Positions 21,290 to 33,872 of a DNA stretch of 36,451 nt are shown here, in pieces. Both the position numbers and the translations under genes were made by a program. The DNA comes from Nemertoderma westbladi (taxonomy: Eukaryota; Animalia; Xenacoelomorpha). Every line of letters starts with the position of its first letter. Position 1 is the stretch's first letter. The DNA lies in contig JAUCBJ010000695.1 of the NCBI GenBank assembly GCA_032718475.1, positions 1-36,451 of the forward strand, written 5' to 3'. The notes below the pieces were generated by a model, which worked only from the letters and a program-made list of their open reading frames with translations, ran no database searches and had not been told where the DNA came from.

Positions 21290-21952
21290 TCAAAAACAGA
21301 ATTTTTGAAGCAGCAATGTGCAATGCTATTGATGTCTTGCTTCCAATACTGATGTCACATTTTGCTACTTTCATTATGCGAAATACATTACATTGTTAAC
21401 AAAGCTTTTCCTTTGGAGCTGAAGGAGGCTTATGTGGAGAAAGGTGAAGTCTGGCTTGGGGTTATAATGTTAATAGCACTCTCTTTTCTATCTGAAGGTG
21501 ACATTGCTGACTGGCTTGTTGGCTCGGAGACTGTTGGACCATTTGCCAAGTAGTGTACTACTAGTCAGGGAGTATGTGGGGACTGTTTTCTTTGGAATGC
21601 GACTGCAACAAGGAAGAAAGCGACCATTATTCCAACCTTTGAGATGGTCTGTACACGAAAGAGTGCTAGCTGATCTTCCATGTACTAATAACTTTAAGCA
21701 TACAATAATCGCCTTGTTTGTTATCAATGTTGTTGAGTATGATTCCTCTGTATGGAAGTTCAATGCTGGTGTTCAAAGAGAGGAGTCGCTGTCCACGCAT
21801 GGAAATGCAACAGTTTAGTGTTCGTGCAACACAGCCAAAGAAGAATAAGTATGTTGATCTTGACAAGAAGCTTCTGTTTGCTTGCCGTAAACTATTCTCC
21901 AGACAAAAAACTTAAGTTCTTGAAGAACATCAGCTTCATTGTCTCAGTCTGA
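21290..21952 (+). pseudogene. Mutator-like (MULE) transposase C-terminal remnant
   Basis: FEAAMCNAI, MLIALSFL, PLF...WSVHERVLADLPCTNN, SVWKF..GVQREE, PKKNKYVDLDKK..VNY..KLKFLKNIS. Confidence 0.8.
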
Positions 21953-22088
21953 TGCAATAGATACTTGATTACATGAAAAATTGTTTATATATCCTATTTA
22001 GTATGCCTATCAGCTGCATTGCATCGACCTATAGAAGTAAATTAATTTAATTATTGGGATCAATGATTTATATTACATCTTTTTATCT

Positions 22089-22230
22089 GGATCCGGACAA
22101 TTGCAACCCGGTCAATTGTGACCCCGACAATTGCAACGTGGAGGACAATTATGACCTGGACAATTTTGACCCAAAATTTTTATCTAAAACCTTGGGTCGC
22201 AATTGTTTGGGCCGCAATTGTCCTAACACC
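22089..22230. mobile_element. Small foldback/MITE with inverted GACAATTG repeats (possibly the MULE terminus)
   Basis: Left end ggatccggacaattgcaaccc matches the reverse complement of the right end, ggtgttaggacaattgcggccc. Internal caatt repeats are arranged as five forward and two reverse. Confidence 0.65.
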
Positions 22231-22389
22231 AGTCTATAAACACCTTGCCCTATTGCATCAAGGAGAAGGATACACACAAACCACCTATATTTCTAGGCCG
22301 ATTATATCTCCACTGGGAAGGTGATTTTGAAACTTATTTTCATTTTGTTTCATATATATGATCATATGATGTGGCCGCTTTTGAGATTA

Positions 22390-22870
22390 AGATTGCCTCT
22401 GATCATGAAAAGGTCTGACAAAGGCTATAAGTCCATCTTCCCTACTTCAATGTTACTTGTGTTCTAAACACCTTCTAATTATGGTGTTGAACACTAGGCT
22501 TTACAGAAAGAACGAATTGCTCAGGGTAAACTCCCAGGTGATGGAAAGCCAATTGGACGTGGTAAACACAGACTTACACTTACTGCAATTGAAAAGTTGA
22601 GTAAATACAATACTTGGGTACTGCCATACACAGCTCTCATCACGAAGCAAATGGTAAGCCAGATTTTAAAATTCATAATTTTTAGAATTCAAAATTTGGG
22701 TAGTGCATTGCGCACTTTATAGAAAAAACGAATTGCTCAGCTCAGGCAGGGTAAACTCCCAGAGGATGGAAAGCCAATTGGAGGTGGTAAACACATACTT
22801 ACATTTACTGCAATTGAAAAGTTGAGTAAATACTTGGGTATTGCCATACCCCGCTCTATGCAAGAAACAA
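22390..22870 (+). pseudogene. Kolobok-like transposase fragment with an internal ~130-bp duplication
   Basis: GKLP.DGKPIG.GKH.LT.TAIEKLSKY.G.AI resembles the DGK.IGG.GRLT...I.KL..YYG.AIR block. It is present twice (22506-22637 and 22722-22858). Confidence 0.55.
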
Positions 22871-23099
22871 ACAAAGAAACAAGAAACATTGGAATGCATC
22901 TGTCACCTAAAATCATGAATATTATGGAAATCATGAAGTTGAAACATATGTTAATCTTGGAGGTTTGCTGGCAATATTGTAGAGTAACTATATATTTGTG
23001 CAATTTAAAATGTAATTATGTTATTCATTTTAGATATAGGTTATCATTAAAAGTTATTAGAAGTTTGTAGATCATTATCTTTCAATCTATCCACAATTC

Positions 23100-23490
23100 A
23101 CTATACCCGGAGGGTGGTTGATACAGGTGGTATAGTACCAGAGAGCTCAGCGTTTGTCTTGTGTTGTCTCCAGCTGATGTTTAGGGCTGCCCTAAGTAGT
23201 CTTGTGTAGCAACCAAGGCGTTCCTTGGTAGCAACCATCAATTCGGTGTTCAAGTGATTTCGTCAGTGTCCAGGCCTCACCCCCATATAAAAGTACACTT
23301 TCCTTAGTTGATTATTATCAATTGTTGTCAAGTTTCCATTAACATTAAAAGTCATAAATACGGTCTTGGTAGCATTTATATGCAATCAAACCTCCTTAGC
23401 AGCCCTCTCCACTTTATTCCGTAGAAGCTGTGCATCTGTTAGAGTATTAGAGAGCAGGGCGATGTCATCCACAAAGTCTGAGATACCACC
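23100..23490 (-). mobile_element. RTE-clade LINE RT fragment with an internal deletion
   Basis: DFVDDIALLSNT..AQ.L..KVE.AAKEV.LHINATKT, then WTLTKSLEHRIDGCYTRLLRAALNISWRQH.TN.EL. Confidence 0.85.
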
Positions 23491-23529
23491 CATTATTAAC
23501 CCATAGTTTGGTCAGGAGATTGGAAACTT

Positions 23530-24480
23530 CCTAAAGAATATTTGGTAGAAGAATACGGCGTGGCTGTCTCCTACTAAACTCTTAGACAACATCGTCGTGG
23601 TTTATTTCAATTTCCTGATGGACATACATTAGTGCAAGAGATGTAAATCTGTCTTGGCCCATAGTTGACCTTGACTGTAGGTAAGTTTTGAGGAGACGGA
23701 TTACACTGATGCACCTCTCACACTCACAACTGGTTACCGGGAACAACGCACTTATTTGTAGAACACGCTGCACATTGGGGAAAAAATCCTTGTCACATGC
23801 ATGTGCTGCATCAGCAATCATTGTTGGTGCATCTTCACGACCTTTCCACATCATGAACCACTGGTGGATCTCACTTGCAAGGCAGTGCTTGTCGACATCA
23901 TCAAAAAAGAATTCGAATTTATCGATGGTTGGTCTGGCTTTCATCATGGAAGGAACAAGTGTAAGTCCCATAGTCACTCTCTCCTGTAAGCATGTGAACC
24001 GAGTTCCCATTTCTAATATTAAGTGATCAATCAGCGGAATCGTAAGGGATCTACGATAATATTCACTAGGATCCTCGGCGGGTACATTATTGTGCTTGGT
24101 TTGTCTGATACATGTCATACATACTTCTCCACAGGAATGTCAAGTGAATCGGCCATCTTTCTCGCTTCATCGAATAGTTCATTGTGGAATTCATCTATGT
24201 TGTTGCGAACATTAGAGAGAGTTTCTCTTACAAGAGACACTTGATTGAAGGCACGTCCGACATCAAGGGACCATTCCTGCAGAGACTTGGCAATGCCTTT
24301 AATATACAAAAGACAACCGCAGGCAATAAAGAGGGCTGCAATGAATCCAAAGTCAGTGGCGGTCTTTACAAGAGATGATGCAGATGGCATTCCAGGCTTT
24401 CGAGTGCTCGGTTTTGTTGCAAAATCTTCCAAGGTGGTTATGATGTGAGGTAGAAGATTTATTAGTGTATTGAAGGGCCA
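23530..24480 (-). pseudogene. hAT transposase (THAP12/ZMYM1-like) C-terminal part with the dimerisation domain
   Basis: EYYRRSLTIPLIDHL..RF, FFPNV, PVTSCECERCIS..RLLKTYL.STMGQDRFTSLALMYVH, PRR. Confidence 0.9.
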
Positions 24481-24972
24481 CCATTATTGTACAGTTGAAC
24501 AATGCAGTTCATCACCATCACACACTCAACACTCAAACACTACCGAAACGTCCACCACAAACGTCTGTACATAACACTCAAAGCATTTACTGTGTGCTTG
24601 CCAATACAATATTAAATGGTATCCAAAAACGCGTCGAGGATAGTCTCTTAAACAAACGTTCAAGCCAAACATCTAAAAGCGAATCAGTAAAACTAATGCG
24701 AATTTCCAGTAATATTACTCAATAATATTCATATTTTATATATTCATATTCAACCTTGGGAATTAATGTGGTATCCTCTCTGGCACAAAGGTAACTGCCA
24801 AGAGAGAGGAGTCTTTGGTTTGCTTATGCTGTTTCATGTTTGCATTAACCAACACCTTTACTTTGCATACTTTACAGTACAATTTACTGCCGTTATTTAT
24901 TGAATAATTTTGAATTCAAAACTTCAATTTCGAAGTCAAACAAATAAGAATAAAACTATGTTTTATTTCAAA

Positions 24973-25060
24973 ACTTAAATGTACGGTAATATTTATAATA
25001 TTATCTCACTAGCATTCTAGTGAGTGAGATAATATTATAAATATTACCGTACATTTAAGT
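24973..25060. repeat. Perfect 38-bp inverted repeat with a 12-nt spacer
   Basis: acttaaatgtacggtaatatttataatattatctcact (24973-25010) and its exact reverse complement (25023-25060). Confidence 0.95.
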
Positions 25061-25082
25061 ACCATACAACCTTATCATTAAT

Positions 25083-25146
25083 AATAATAATAATATGGGT
25101 TATTTATATAGCGCTTTTCTAAGCTCGGCATACTCAAAGCGCTTTT
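25083..25146 (-). mobile_element. 64-bp L2-type LINE/SINE 3' tail with a 12-bp TSD
   Basis: Minus strand reads aaagcgctttgag...aaaagcgctatataaat...(tta)n, the L2-type 3' stem-loop. TSD cttatcattaat at 25071-25082 and 25147-25158. Confidence 0.85.
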
Positions 25147-25384
25147 CTTATCATTAATTCAGCAAGCCAGGTTCCACATGCCTTGAAGGCGCTATTAGAG
25201 TTATCCTCACAAGTTTATATTTAAAACTTTAATTTCAGTGGACATTTACCTTTATTCTACAGTTAATTACAATGTGGTTAACGATCCTCCTGTATTACAC
25301 ATTTTATTGACATAATAAAACTGTAAGCTGCACTTAATTCATTCACAAATTTTGAGAAAAGAAATGTAAATTTACAAAATAATA

Positions 25385-25545
25385 AGATACAAAAATACGA
25401 TACGGTACGAAATACGAAAAATATTTAACTGTATTATATGATACAAAGTCAATTTTTATGATATAATACGAAATTCGATACGAATAAAATACTGCGGTAC
25501 GAAATACGAAAATCCGTTTTCGTATCGTATCGTATCCTGTCCCTG
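25385..25545. mobile_element. End of a hAT-type MITE with ATACGA subterminal repeats
   Basis: Many atacga/tacgaa motifs, an inverted (cgtat)3, and terminus ...tcctgtCCCTG. The partner end was not found. Confidence 0.5.
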
Positions 25546-25802
25546 CTTTCAGGTAAAAAATAACTCGCAATTATATTCTGCAACATTATAAATAGCACCA
25601 ATCTGGCTGTGCCAGTCATTTAGTAGAGTTGTATTTGCCTCCAGTCATAAGTCATGTGTTTAAGTTGGTTACCTAGCAACATCAGCTGGGATCAGCTGTT
25701 TCTTTCATTATGCAGTAATGTTAATGAATAAAAAATATAATTTATTGCTAATAACTGACTTCAAAATAATATGAGAGTTAGGAAGAATGTAAAACGATTA
25801 TT

Positions 25803-26510
25803 ACCTGTTATATCCAAGAAGCGAAGGGTGACTGCTAGCTGCTCATCGTTGGCGGTATCTCGAACTTCATCTGCTGAGATTGAGAAATAGCCTCCTGCTT
25901 GACTTATGTCTACAACGATTTTCTTGGAAATCATATCGCCAATGATAGTGATCAACTCGTTCTGAATGGTTTTCGATTTGTACATGGCATTTTTCGGTGC
26001 AGTTTCTAAGTGTTCCTTGAGGTCAATGTCACCACCATTCACTCTGTATTGTAAGAGTGCCCGGAAATTACCAGAGTTGATGGAATTGTCGATTTTGTTC
26101 TTATCATCATCGCAATGTCCTCGTAATGCGCAGTTCTGTAGCCCACATAATACCGTCTCGACAATGGTAGCCAACACCTTGACGTTTCTTCGCTTATGTT
26201 CTTCCACAGAATTATCGATCTGGACAATTATAGATTCGGACTTTCCTTCCATCAACAAACGACTTATACTGCGCTGTGCATTGTTGGCGATGTGGGTTAC
26301 CCATTCCACGCTTTCTATGGCTTTCCCCATTCGTTTTTGCGGCATTATGCCTCTTTCAAGGAAGTGCTCATCAAACTTCTCCATCGCATTTTTCCAATTG
26401 CGAAATGGTGTCTTTATTAAAGCTCCAAAAGTTGACTTGTCCGGTGTGAAGAACACACAATAGCGACAGAAGGCAGTTTCAAGACTCCATGAGTAGATCA
26501 GACCATACCT
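25803..26510 (-). pseudogene. hAT transposase (THAP12/ZMYM1-like) N-terminal part, ending at a probable splice donor
   Basis: LIYS..AFCRYCVFF, F.NWK.A, ALRGH, NSGNFRALL, Y.SKTIQNELI, FSISADE..D..N.EQL...LRF. AG|GTAAT at ~25805. Confidence 0.9.
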
Positions 26511-27075
26511 CTATGCTCTAAACTCGTAACCGTTTAGTTGGCTGCTCCGGTTGCTCCACGGAATCAGGAGGATTGTCACAGGTGAGATTTGCCTTAAACA
26601 TTATTTAAGCAACGATATCTTCACGGCGTAACAATTGCTCTTTGGAAAAGTTGGCTTCGAGGTTATAAACAGGCGGGACACGGGCGAGCGGGGATGGCGG
26701 CTTCGGCCAACTTTTGCGATATCTGGGAAAAGATGAAGAAGCTAGATGCAGTTGGAGCAATGCCGGGTATAGCGGTCGGGGCACTCGAGGCCCTGAGCCT
26801 GCCGTCTGTAGTCCCAGATATGGGACTACGTCCGTCTTCCCTTGACACTAAGATGGACGATTTGCAAAAACTAGTGATTGATAAGTTAATAGTTATAGAT
26901 TCAAAGGTTTCCACATCGTCTATCCAGCCGGGCAGAAATGTTTCAGCCCCACTGTTCTCAGCTAACCCACCAGAGTCAGGGCGCACAGCTACACTGTGGA
27001 GTGATGTTGTCATTGAAGGCTCGGGTACCGGGAATTCCTGGGCTACTAGTAAAGATTGGCCCTCTCCACGGACAG

Positions 27076-30000
27076 TAGGGTGTTTAAAAAAAAACACTTT
27101 TTCCTTATTTTCACTGCTCAAGTGAATTTTCCCATTGCATTTCACCTAAAAACATTATAAAAAAATATTTGTCTCGAAATATTAATCTTCAGGGGTGGTA
27201 CATCGAACCCTTTTGAAAAATGATGCTGCGCATGCTTTTTTCGTGCTTCTTACTGAAATTGTCAAAATATAAATTTACACTCCTCAAGTAGTTTATTTGA
27301 ATCATATTGTGATTGTAAAACTCTGCTTATTAAAAAAAATTATTTGAGTTGAAGCTTAGGGGTGGTACAGGCAGCCTCACTTTTTTCAAAAATGTATTAA
27401 ATTTGAATAAATGTTCAATAATCAATTTTTCGGATATATTATTTTGGGTGTTAAAAGTATTATATTCAGCCCTCAAGTTGTTTAATGTGTTAATATGGTT
27501 AATATGAAGTTTTAAACACAAAAATTAATTGAATTACTTAATATAAATATAAATGGGTGGTACAAACATACACAGAACAATACGCCAAGTATTGATATCA
27601 TGGGCATGGTTCAAAGCTAATTAGGTAGGACCAGTTCAGTACTGTTTATCTAGAGTGGATTTTTTAAAATCAGGAAATCTCTCTCTATGGTTTTGCACAG
27701 CTTGAATCAGGCATTGGAGGTGATCTTCCTTCTTTGTTAAGGTGTTTATAAACTCAGATATTAGTCTAACACCACGTTCTGCACAATCATTAACCACTTT
27801 AAGGTTACAAACAAAATTATCTGCTTCCATAAACCCTAGAAAAGTATGCCATTTATCTGGTTCTTCATTCAGGAAGTCAGTTTCTATCCCCAGAAGAATG
27901 AATAAGGAATTGCTGCCAAGAAGATCCACTAGGGTAGTTTCAGAATTAATATCAGGAAATTTTGGTTTAACAGCTGCGAGTTCTAGAGGTTTTGATATGG
28001 CTAGCAGAGCAGCTGCCATATTAGTTTTGGTTACAGCATCAACCTTACTACTGAACATTGCAAATATGACCAGCTCTTGGGTGAGATACCAAAGGTGTAA
28101 TTTGAGTTTATTTAAAACAGCCTCAGCGTCCTCTGTATCAATATCTTTAAACTTTATGAGGTTCTTGTAGAGAGTTAAGTCATTACATGGTGCATCAGCA
28201 CCTTGGGAAGCAGATAAGAAATATGGTACATAGAGCAAGCAGTTGAAGATAACGATTCTACATAGGTTCTTCTTATATATCTCGTCATAATTAAGTTGAC
28301 TCTGGAGAAGATACATTTTTGCTGGATATAATACACTTGGTCCCCACCGAGAAAAACTGACTGCTCCACGTCTCATGAAACGGAAACTTCTTGTAGCATC
28401 ACCTTTAAGTAGAAAAAGTGTCAGTTCAACCATTTCAAGGTAATCATCTCTTGGAAGATGCTTCTCTTTTGATTCTAGAATAGCCTGCAATTCTAACACA
28501 ACTGAACATTTTAGTTCATTTAACCATTCTGAATGCAGTAAATATATATTTTTTTGATTGAGATTTATCAAGGTTATCCCAAGTCTCCTTAAAACCAACA
28601 AAATGCAAGTTATCTGGACCGTGGCTCTCATCAAATAAACTATTCAATGCTGACCCAAGCAACAGATCAGAAGTATGATGGCGACATGCAATCCATGGAA
28701 TTTCCTGCCAAGGTGAATCTCAAGTCGTGTTACTGCCCCTCTAACAATACCAGTTATACTAGAAGTAGTATCAAATACAACTGCCCGAATTGATTCAGAA
28801 ATATTATATTTCTCCCAAACTTTCCAAACGGCAATTTCCATTGCTTCACCTGCTGAGGTTGGCAAACCTTCATCATTAACTAAAGTCGGAATGTCAAGGA
28901 CCTTACCTTCAATATAATGAGGTGTCCCTGACATAAGTATAGCCAATCTCTCATCAGGGAGGTTAAAAAACCTTTTAACAACTTGCCATCAAAATGTGCA
29001 GCTATATGTTTTGGTTTCTTCTTGATAATTTCTTCAAAAATGTTATCAGCAACATCTCTCCTATTATCTGCCCTAGCCCTATAGAATGTTGTTGCAGAGA
29101 AAACAAATTTATTTAAACTGACTGGTTCAGTAGAAGCATATTCATTGCAAGACTTTAGAAGAGAATTAACAAGACCAACCGTTTTCCTAGAAGAGGATCC
29201 AGTTCTATCAGCCATTTCAGAAATATTTGGAGATTTAATAACCTTTTTTGGTAATGATATATTTATATGTGAAGAAGATAGTTGTCGTTTTGAAGGTGGG
29301 ATATACTCAGCATCATCATCAGTATCTGATTCGCTCATAATGTTTGTTTCTTCAAATGTATCATCAAAGTCATGACTAGGCCCTGGAACAACTTCATCAA
29401 CTAAGGTAGTTGATTTCTTGAGTGTGCCTCTTTTAAGCTTCAAGGAGCATTTTTCAATATATTTATTATCTTTGGACCCTATTTTCATCTTTCTGTCACC
29501 TTTTTGGTCATTGAGAAACATGCAGTCTTCCTTACATGCTTTTTCACCCCGAAGTCGAATATCTGACACAATTTTGACGTGAACATCTTGGACAGAAATG
29601 TCAAAAAGTGTATCCAACCCAGACTTGAACTATTTTTGTTGTTCTAAGTTTGCATAATTAGTTCTAAAGCGTAATTTGTTGAGATATTTCCATTTTTTAT
29701 TCAACTTAATGAGTTTGTCCTTTGCAAACCAGATTGACATAACAGGTATTGCTGATCTGTTCCAAAATGGCAAAACCTTGTCCCTAAGAATAATATATGC
29801 TAGTTCATCTAATGTTTTCCATGTCTTAGCTGTTGTACATATTTTTGTTGTAGAAGAACCAGCTACAAGAGGATCCCAATCACATTTACATTTACAATGT
29901 ATTTCTGTACATTCTTTCATATGGAAAAACAATTTAAGTACTTGTCCATTTGTTGGGAGTTGTTGTCCTGTGATAGCACTGTCACCATATCCTATAATAA

Positions 30001-30893
30001 ATTTTTCTTCTCTCAAATTTGCAGCCATAGTTGATTTAGTATTAACAATGAACAGATTCAACCTATATAATATATTTAAAAGTCTGAATTTTGACGAAAA
30101 TATTTAGAGTACTGGTAGCTCATAATATTATTGTTTTGGTAACAATGAGTGTGTTGGTTCAGTGACTGCTAACAGGTTAGCTAACAGCTAACTATAATTC
30201 GCTGTGTTTGTTATGTTGTATACCAATAGTACCCACAACATTACTATTCTGAAAGTTTATTAAACAAACTCAACATTCTGACAGTTAGTTGAACAGCCGA
30301 CAATCTGCTTACCAGAAAACCTCTACAAAGTCACCTCTTACAAAGATAAGGCCCAATATTGTTAGATCCTAACAATGTTGATAGCAATAATAGGCTTACT
30401 ATAATGCATATATACCACCCCTTTATATTAACTCATACAAATATTTTTTGTGCTAATAACTTCACATTAACCAGATTAAGAGCTAATCTACTTGAGAGAT
30501 GAATATAATAGTTTTAACACCTAAAATAAGATATCTGAAAAATATATTTTTGAATATTTTTTAAGATTTCACAAATTTTTGAAAATTGTGAGGCTGCCTG
30601 TACCACCCCTAAGCTTCAACTCAATTAAAAATTTTTAATAAGCAGAGTTTCATAATCACAATATGATTCAAATAAACTACTTGAGGAGTGTAAATTTTTA
30701 TTTTGAAAATTTCAGTTAGAAGCACGAAAAAAGCATGCGTGGCATCATTTTTCAAAAATTTGGGTTTGATGTACCACCCCTGAAGATTAATATTTTGAGA
30801 CAAAAATTTTTTTATAATGTTTTTAGGTGAAATGCAATGGGAAAATTCACTTGAGCAGTGAAAACAAGGAAAAAGTGTTCTTTTGAAATCCTA
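27076..30893 (-). mobile_element. Full-length hATm-type DNA transposon with about 490-bp TIRs and an 8-bp TSD
   Basis: Termini TAGG...CCTA. TIRs at 27076-~27565 and ~30410-30893. TSD acggacag (27068-27075) / atggacag (30894-30901). Confidence 0.92.
27636..30061 (-). pseudogene. hATm-type transposase with stops and frameshifts
   Basis: Four collinear ORF pieces carrying QLPTNGQVL, LFDIS, HFDGKLL, FDTTSS.TG, ACRHH (shifted frame), PRDDY.E, SRW, HLWYL and VVNDCAERGV. Confidence 0.9.
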
Positions 30894-31655
30894 ATGGACA
30901 GCCACCACATGATGGCGCATATGGAAGGCGACCCAGTCTTTCTGAGGCGGTTCAACAGACAGGCGCTCGTAGTCATGATATTGGTACGCGTATGCCTTCA
31001 ACCAATAGGAACGGTAGTGCAAAATGCCCAAGATATTCACCGTCTTTTCAAGAAGTCAGGGGTCCTCGACGAGACGATGATGATGAAGGATTCCAAACGG
31101 TAATCACAAAACGCAACCGACCCAGGCCAACGTTCACAGTGGGAACAGTAGGGGGTGTGAAAGGTTCAGGTAAGGTGATTGGTAAAGCGTTTAAATCCAT
31201 AGCCGCCCCAGTTTCTTTGCTTGTATACATCCCTCTATTTCGGCCAAAGATTTGGTGAAAGATCTTAAGAGCGCCGATATTAAGGTAGATGAGTCAGATG
31301 TAAATGTGAAGTCGCATCCTGACGCTAAAAGTCTTAGCTATAAGATCGCGGTACCAGCAGAAAAACTGGAAGTGGCCCTGGGTCCGTCATTGTGGCTGGC
31401 TGGTGTATGTCTCCGCAAGTGGATTTACTATCCATATCACGCAAAGCCCCAGTCGAATGAGGCACAGTCAACGCCTAGCCAGCAGTATAATGTTGCTCCA
31501 ATGGCAGCTGGGGATAAGGGGCCTCCTATGGTTGAGTTGGGTACCGCAAACGTGACCATGTAATGGCGACAGAAAACACACACTCTGACTTAGTCAACAA
31601 CTGAGTATTGTTTCCTATAACTCTACGGGTTTCGCCGCCGATAAAAGAGACTTAA

Positions 31656-32531
31656 GGGGGGGGTATACCCCCCCATGAACCTTTTTTTAAAATGGCTGTC
31701 AATTTGTGTTAAATGATAATACTGCTATTTTGTTATGGTCAACCACTGTATGGAAGGCCAAATAGCGTTTATAGTAAAATTTGAAAATTTATAGCCTCCC
31801 CCTAGCGGCTGGCGGCGGAATTAAAGATTTCACTAAAATTGCTACTAGTCCCTCAATTTTGGTCCAAATTTCTTGAAACCAACTTTTTTGGACTCAGCGT
31901 GATCGACTCTACAAAAGTTATCTTATAGAATTTTTAATTAGCCATTTTTATTTTAATTAATTAAATTAATTAATTAATTATCATATTTTTAATTAAAATT
32001 GGCTAATTAGAAAAAATTGTAATATTTATCAAAATTCCATAAGATAACTTTTAAAGAGCTTCCAAAGCTCGTTCGAATGAGCCATAAACGAAGTAAATTG
32101 GTTTAAAAATGACGGAGGAGTAGTAATTTGAAAATGAAAAATGTCATTCCGAGAAAATGCCCTTCAAAGTTTAAACCGTCCCGCCAAAATTGGCTGTCTG
32201 CGTTCTGGTTGGTTAATTATTTCCGGCACGAAGGTTGCACACCAACGAGCTAAAATGTTCATTACGGGGGTTTTCGGGGTCACTGATTTCATTTCCGATG
32301 TCAGTTTTAATTTTTGGTGGAATCTAGTCTGTCTGTCTGTCTGTCGGTCTTCTGTCTTTCTTACAATTTGACGGACAGACCGTCATACGGAAAAACAGTG
32401 ATAACTCGAGAACTGAAAGAGGTCTCACTAAGCGGTTTTCAGATTTGTAATCCTCATTAAATTCTGCACTAGATGAAATAAAGAAACAACAATTTGAAAA
32501 TTTTACCTGAGGGGGGGTATACCCCCCCCCC
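31656..32531. mobile_element. Non-autonomous Kolobok-like element with TTAA TSD and G7-8-TATA-C7-10 termini
   Basis: TTAA at 31652-31655 and 32532-32535. Termini start with purines (GG), unlike piggyBac CC. Excision restores ADKRDLIKFLSLSADIICLQEH in frame. Confidence 0.85.
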
Positions 32532-33872
32532 TTAATTAAGTTCCTATCCCTTAGTGCTGACATTATATGCTTACAGGAGCACTTTATATTAAAAGATAAT
32601 GCTAACTATTTAGGGAAGTCGTTCCCAGATTTTCAATGTTTATTGAACCAGCTATATTTAATAATTGTAGTAATTTGGGTCGCCCAGTTGCGGGGCTTAG
32701 CATCTTAGTTAGAAAATCAATATCTAAATACGTAACTCTTATAAAGACAGATAATTATTACAGGTTACAGGCATTGTCTTTTTCTTTCCCCAATACGAAG
32801 TTCGTGTTGGTAAACGCATATTTTCCAGTAGATTCTCTCGCCTTAGGGATGCAGTAGCCAATGATCTATTGTCTATTATCAATGATATTTCTGTAGTTAT
32901 CGATGCAGCTGGTACTAATAATTTTGTAGTGGCGTGTGATTTAAATACGGACTTTGTAAGACAGTCGTCAGCTCAAGTAGACCATGTGAATAGCTTTATT
33001 GATAATTTTTCTCTTATCCAAAGCATGGGATCTTTTTTAAATAGATCATACTTATACTTATACTTGTATGTAAATGACAAATTATATTTTTCTACAATAG
33101 ATCATTTTTAGCCTCGAACTCCTTCTTAAATTCATGCACATAGGCAGGTGTTGCTCATTGCGGAGCAAATTTATCTAATCATAGCCCTATATTTTTAAAG
33201 TTTAATGTTAGTGATTTAAATATATCTTTTTCGAGTAATGTTCTGAGTAGTAAATTGTGTTTTTCGAGGGTGAGTAGTGAACAGAAGTTAATGTTTAAAG
33301 AAAATCTGTCTAGCAGATTAGCTCAGACTAAATTATATTGTGCAGATTGTATTGATAAATTCTGTACTGATGACTCTCACCGTACCAATATTGATGATTA
33401 TGTGCTAGATGTTTTGGATTCTCTTAACAATGCGTGTAACGTATTACCCCATTCTGGAACAAGCAGAGCAAGGTGGGCTCTGGCCCAGTTCTACCTGGCT
33501 GGAATGAACAGGGGCGGCCCTACAAAGAAGATGCTATTTTTTGGCATAGTGTTTGGGTTGCTGCTGGTAGGCCCAATGCTGACAGCGGTAATTTGTTTCA
33601 AAGTAAATGAAGTAAATTAGAAGTAAATGAACTGTTATCTAATTATGACATTAATGTAGATATTATTTCACCTGAGTTAGTTAGCAGTGTAATAAATAAA
33701 TTGAAATCGGGCAAATCTGATGTTAGTTATATATTTAATTCTGATTGCTTTCTTAATGCTAATAAAGATTTAGCTCTTCACTTGAGTGTTATTTTTAATA
33801 GTTTTCTATTGCATGGGTATATACCTGTTTTGTTGTTAAAAGTCTGCTTTAGTACCTCTAATCAAGGATAAA

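Noticed and set aside
23250-23270. Second hammerhead core (CTGACGA on the minus strand)
   Set aside because: No stem II/GAAA/stem III arrangement; it is RTE coding sequence (WTLTKSL).
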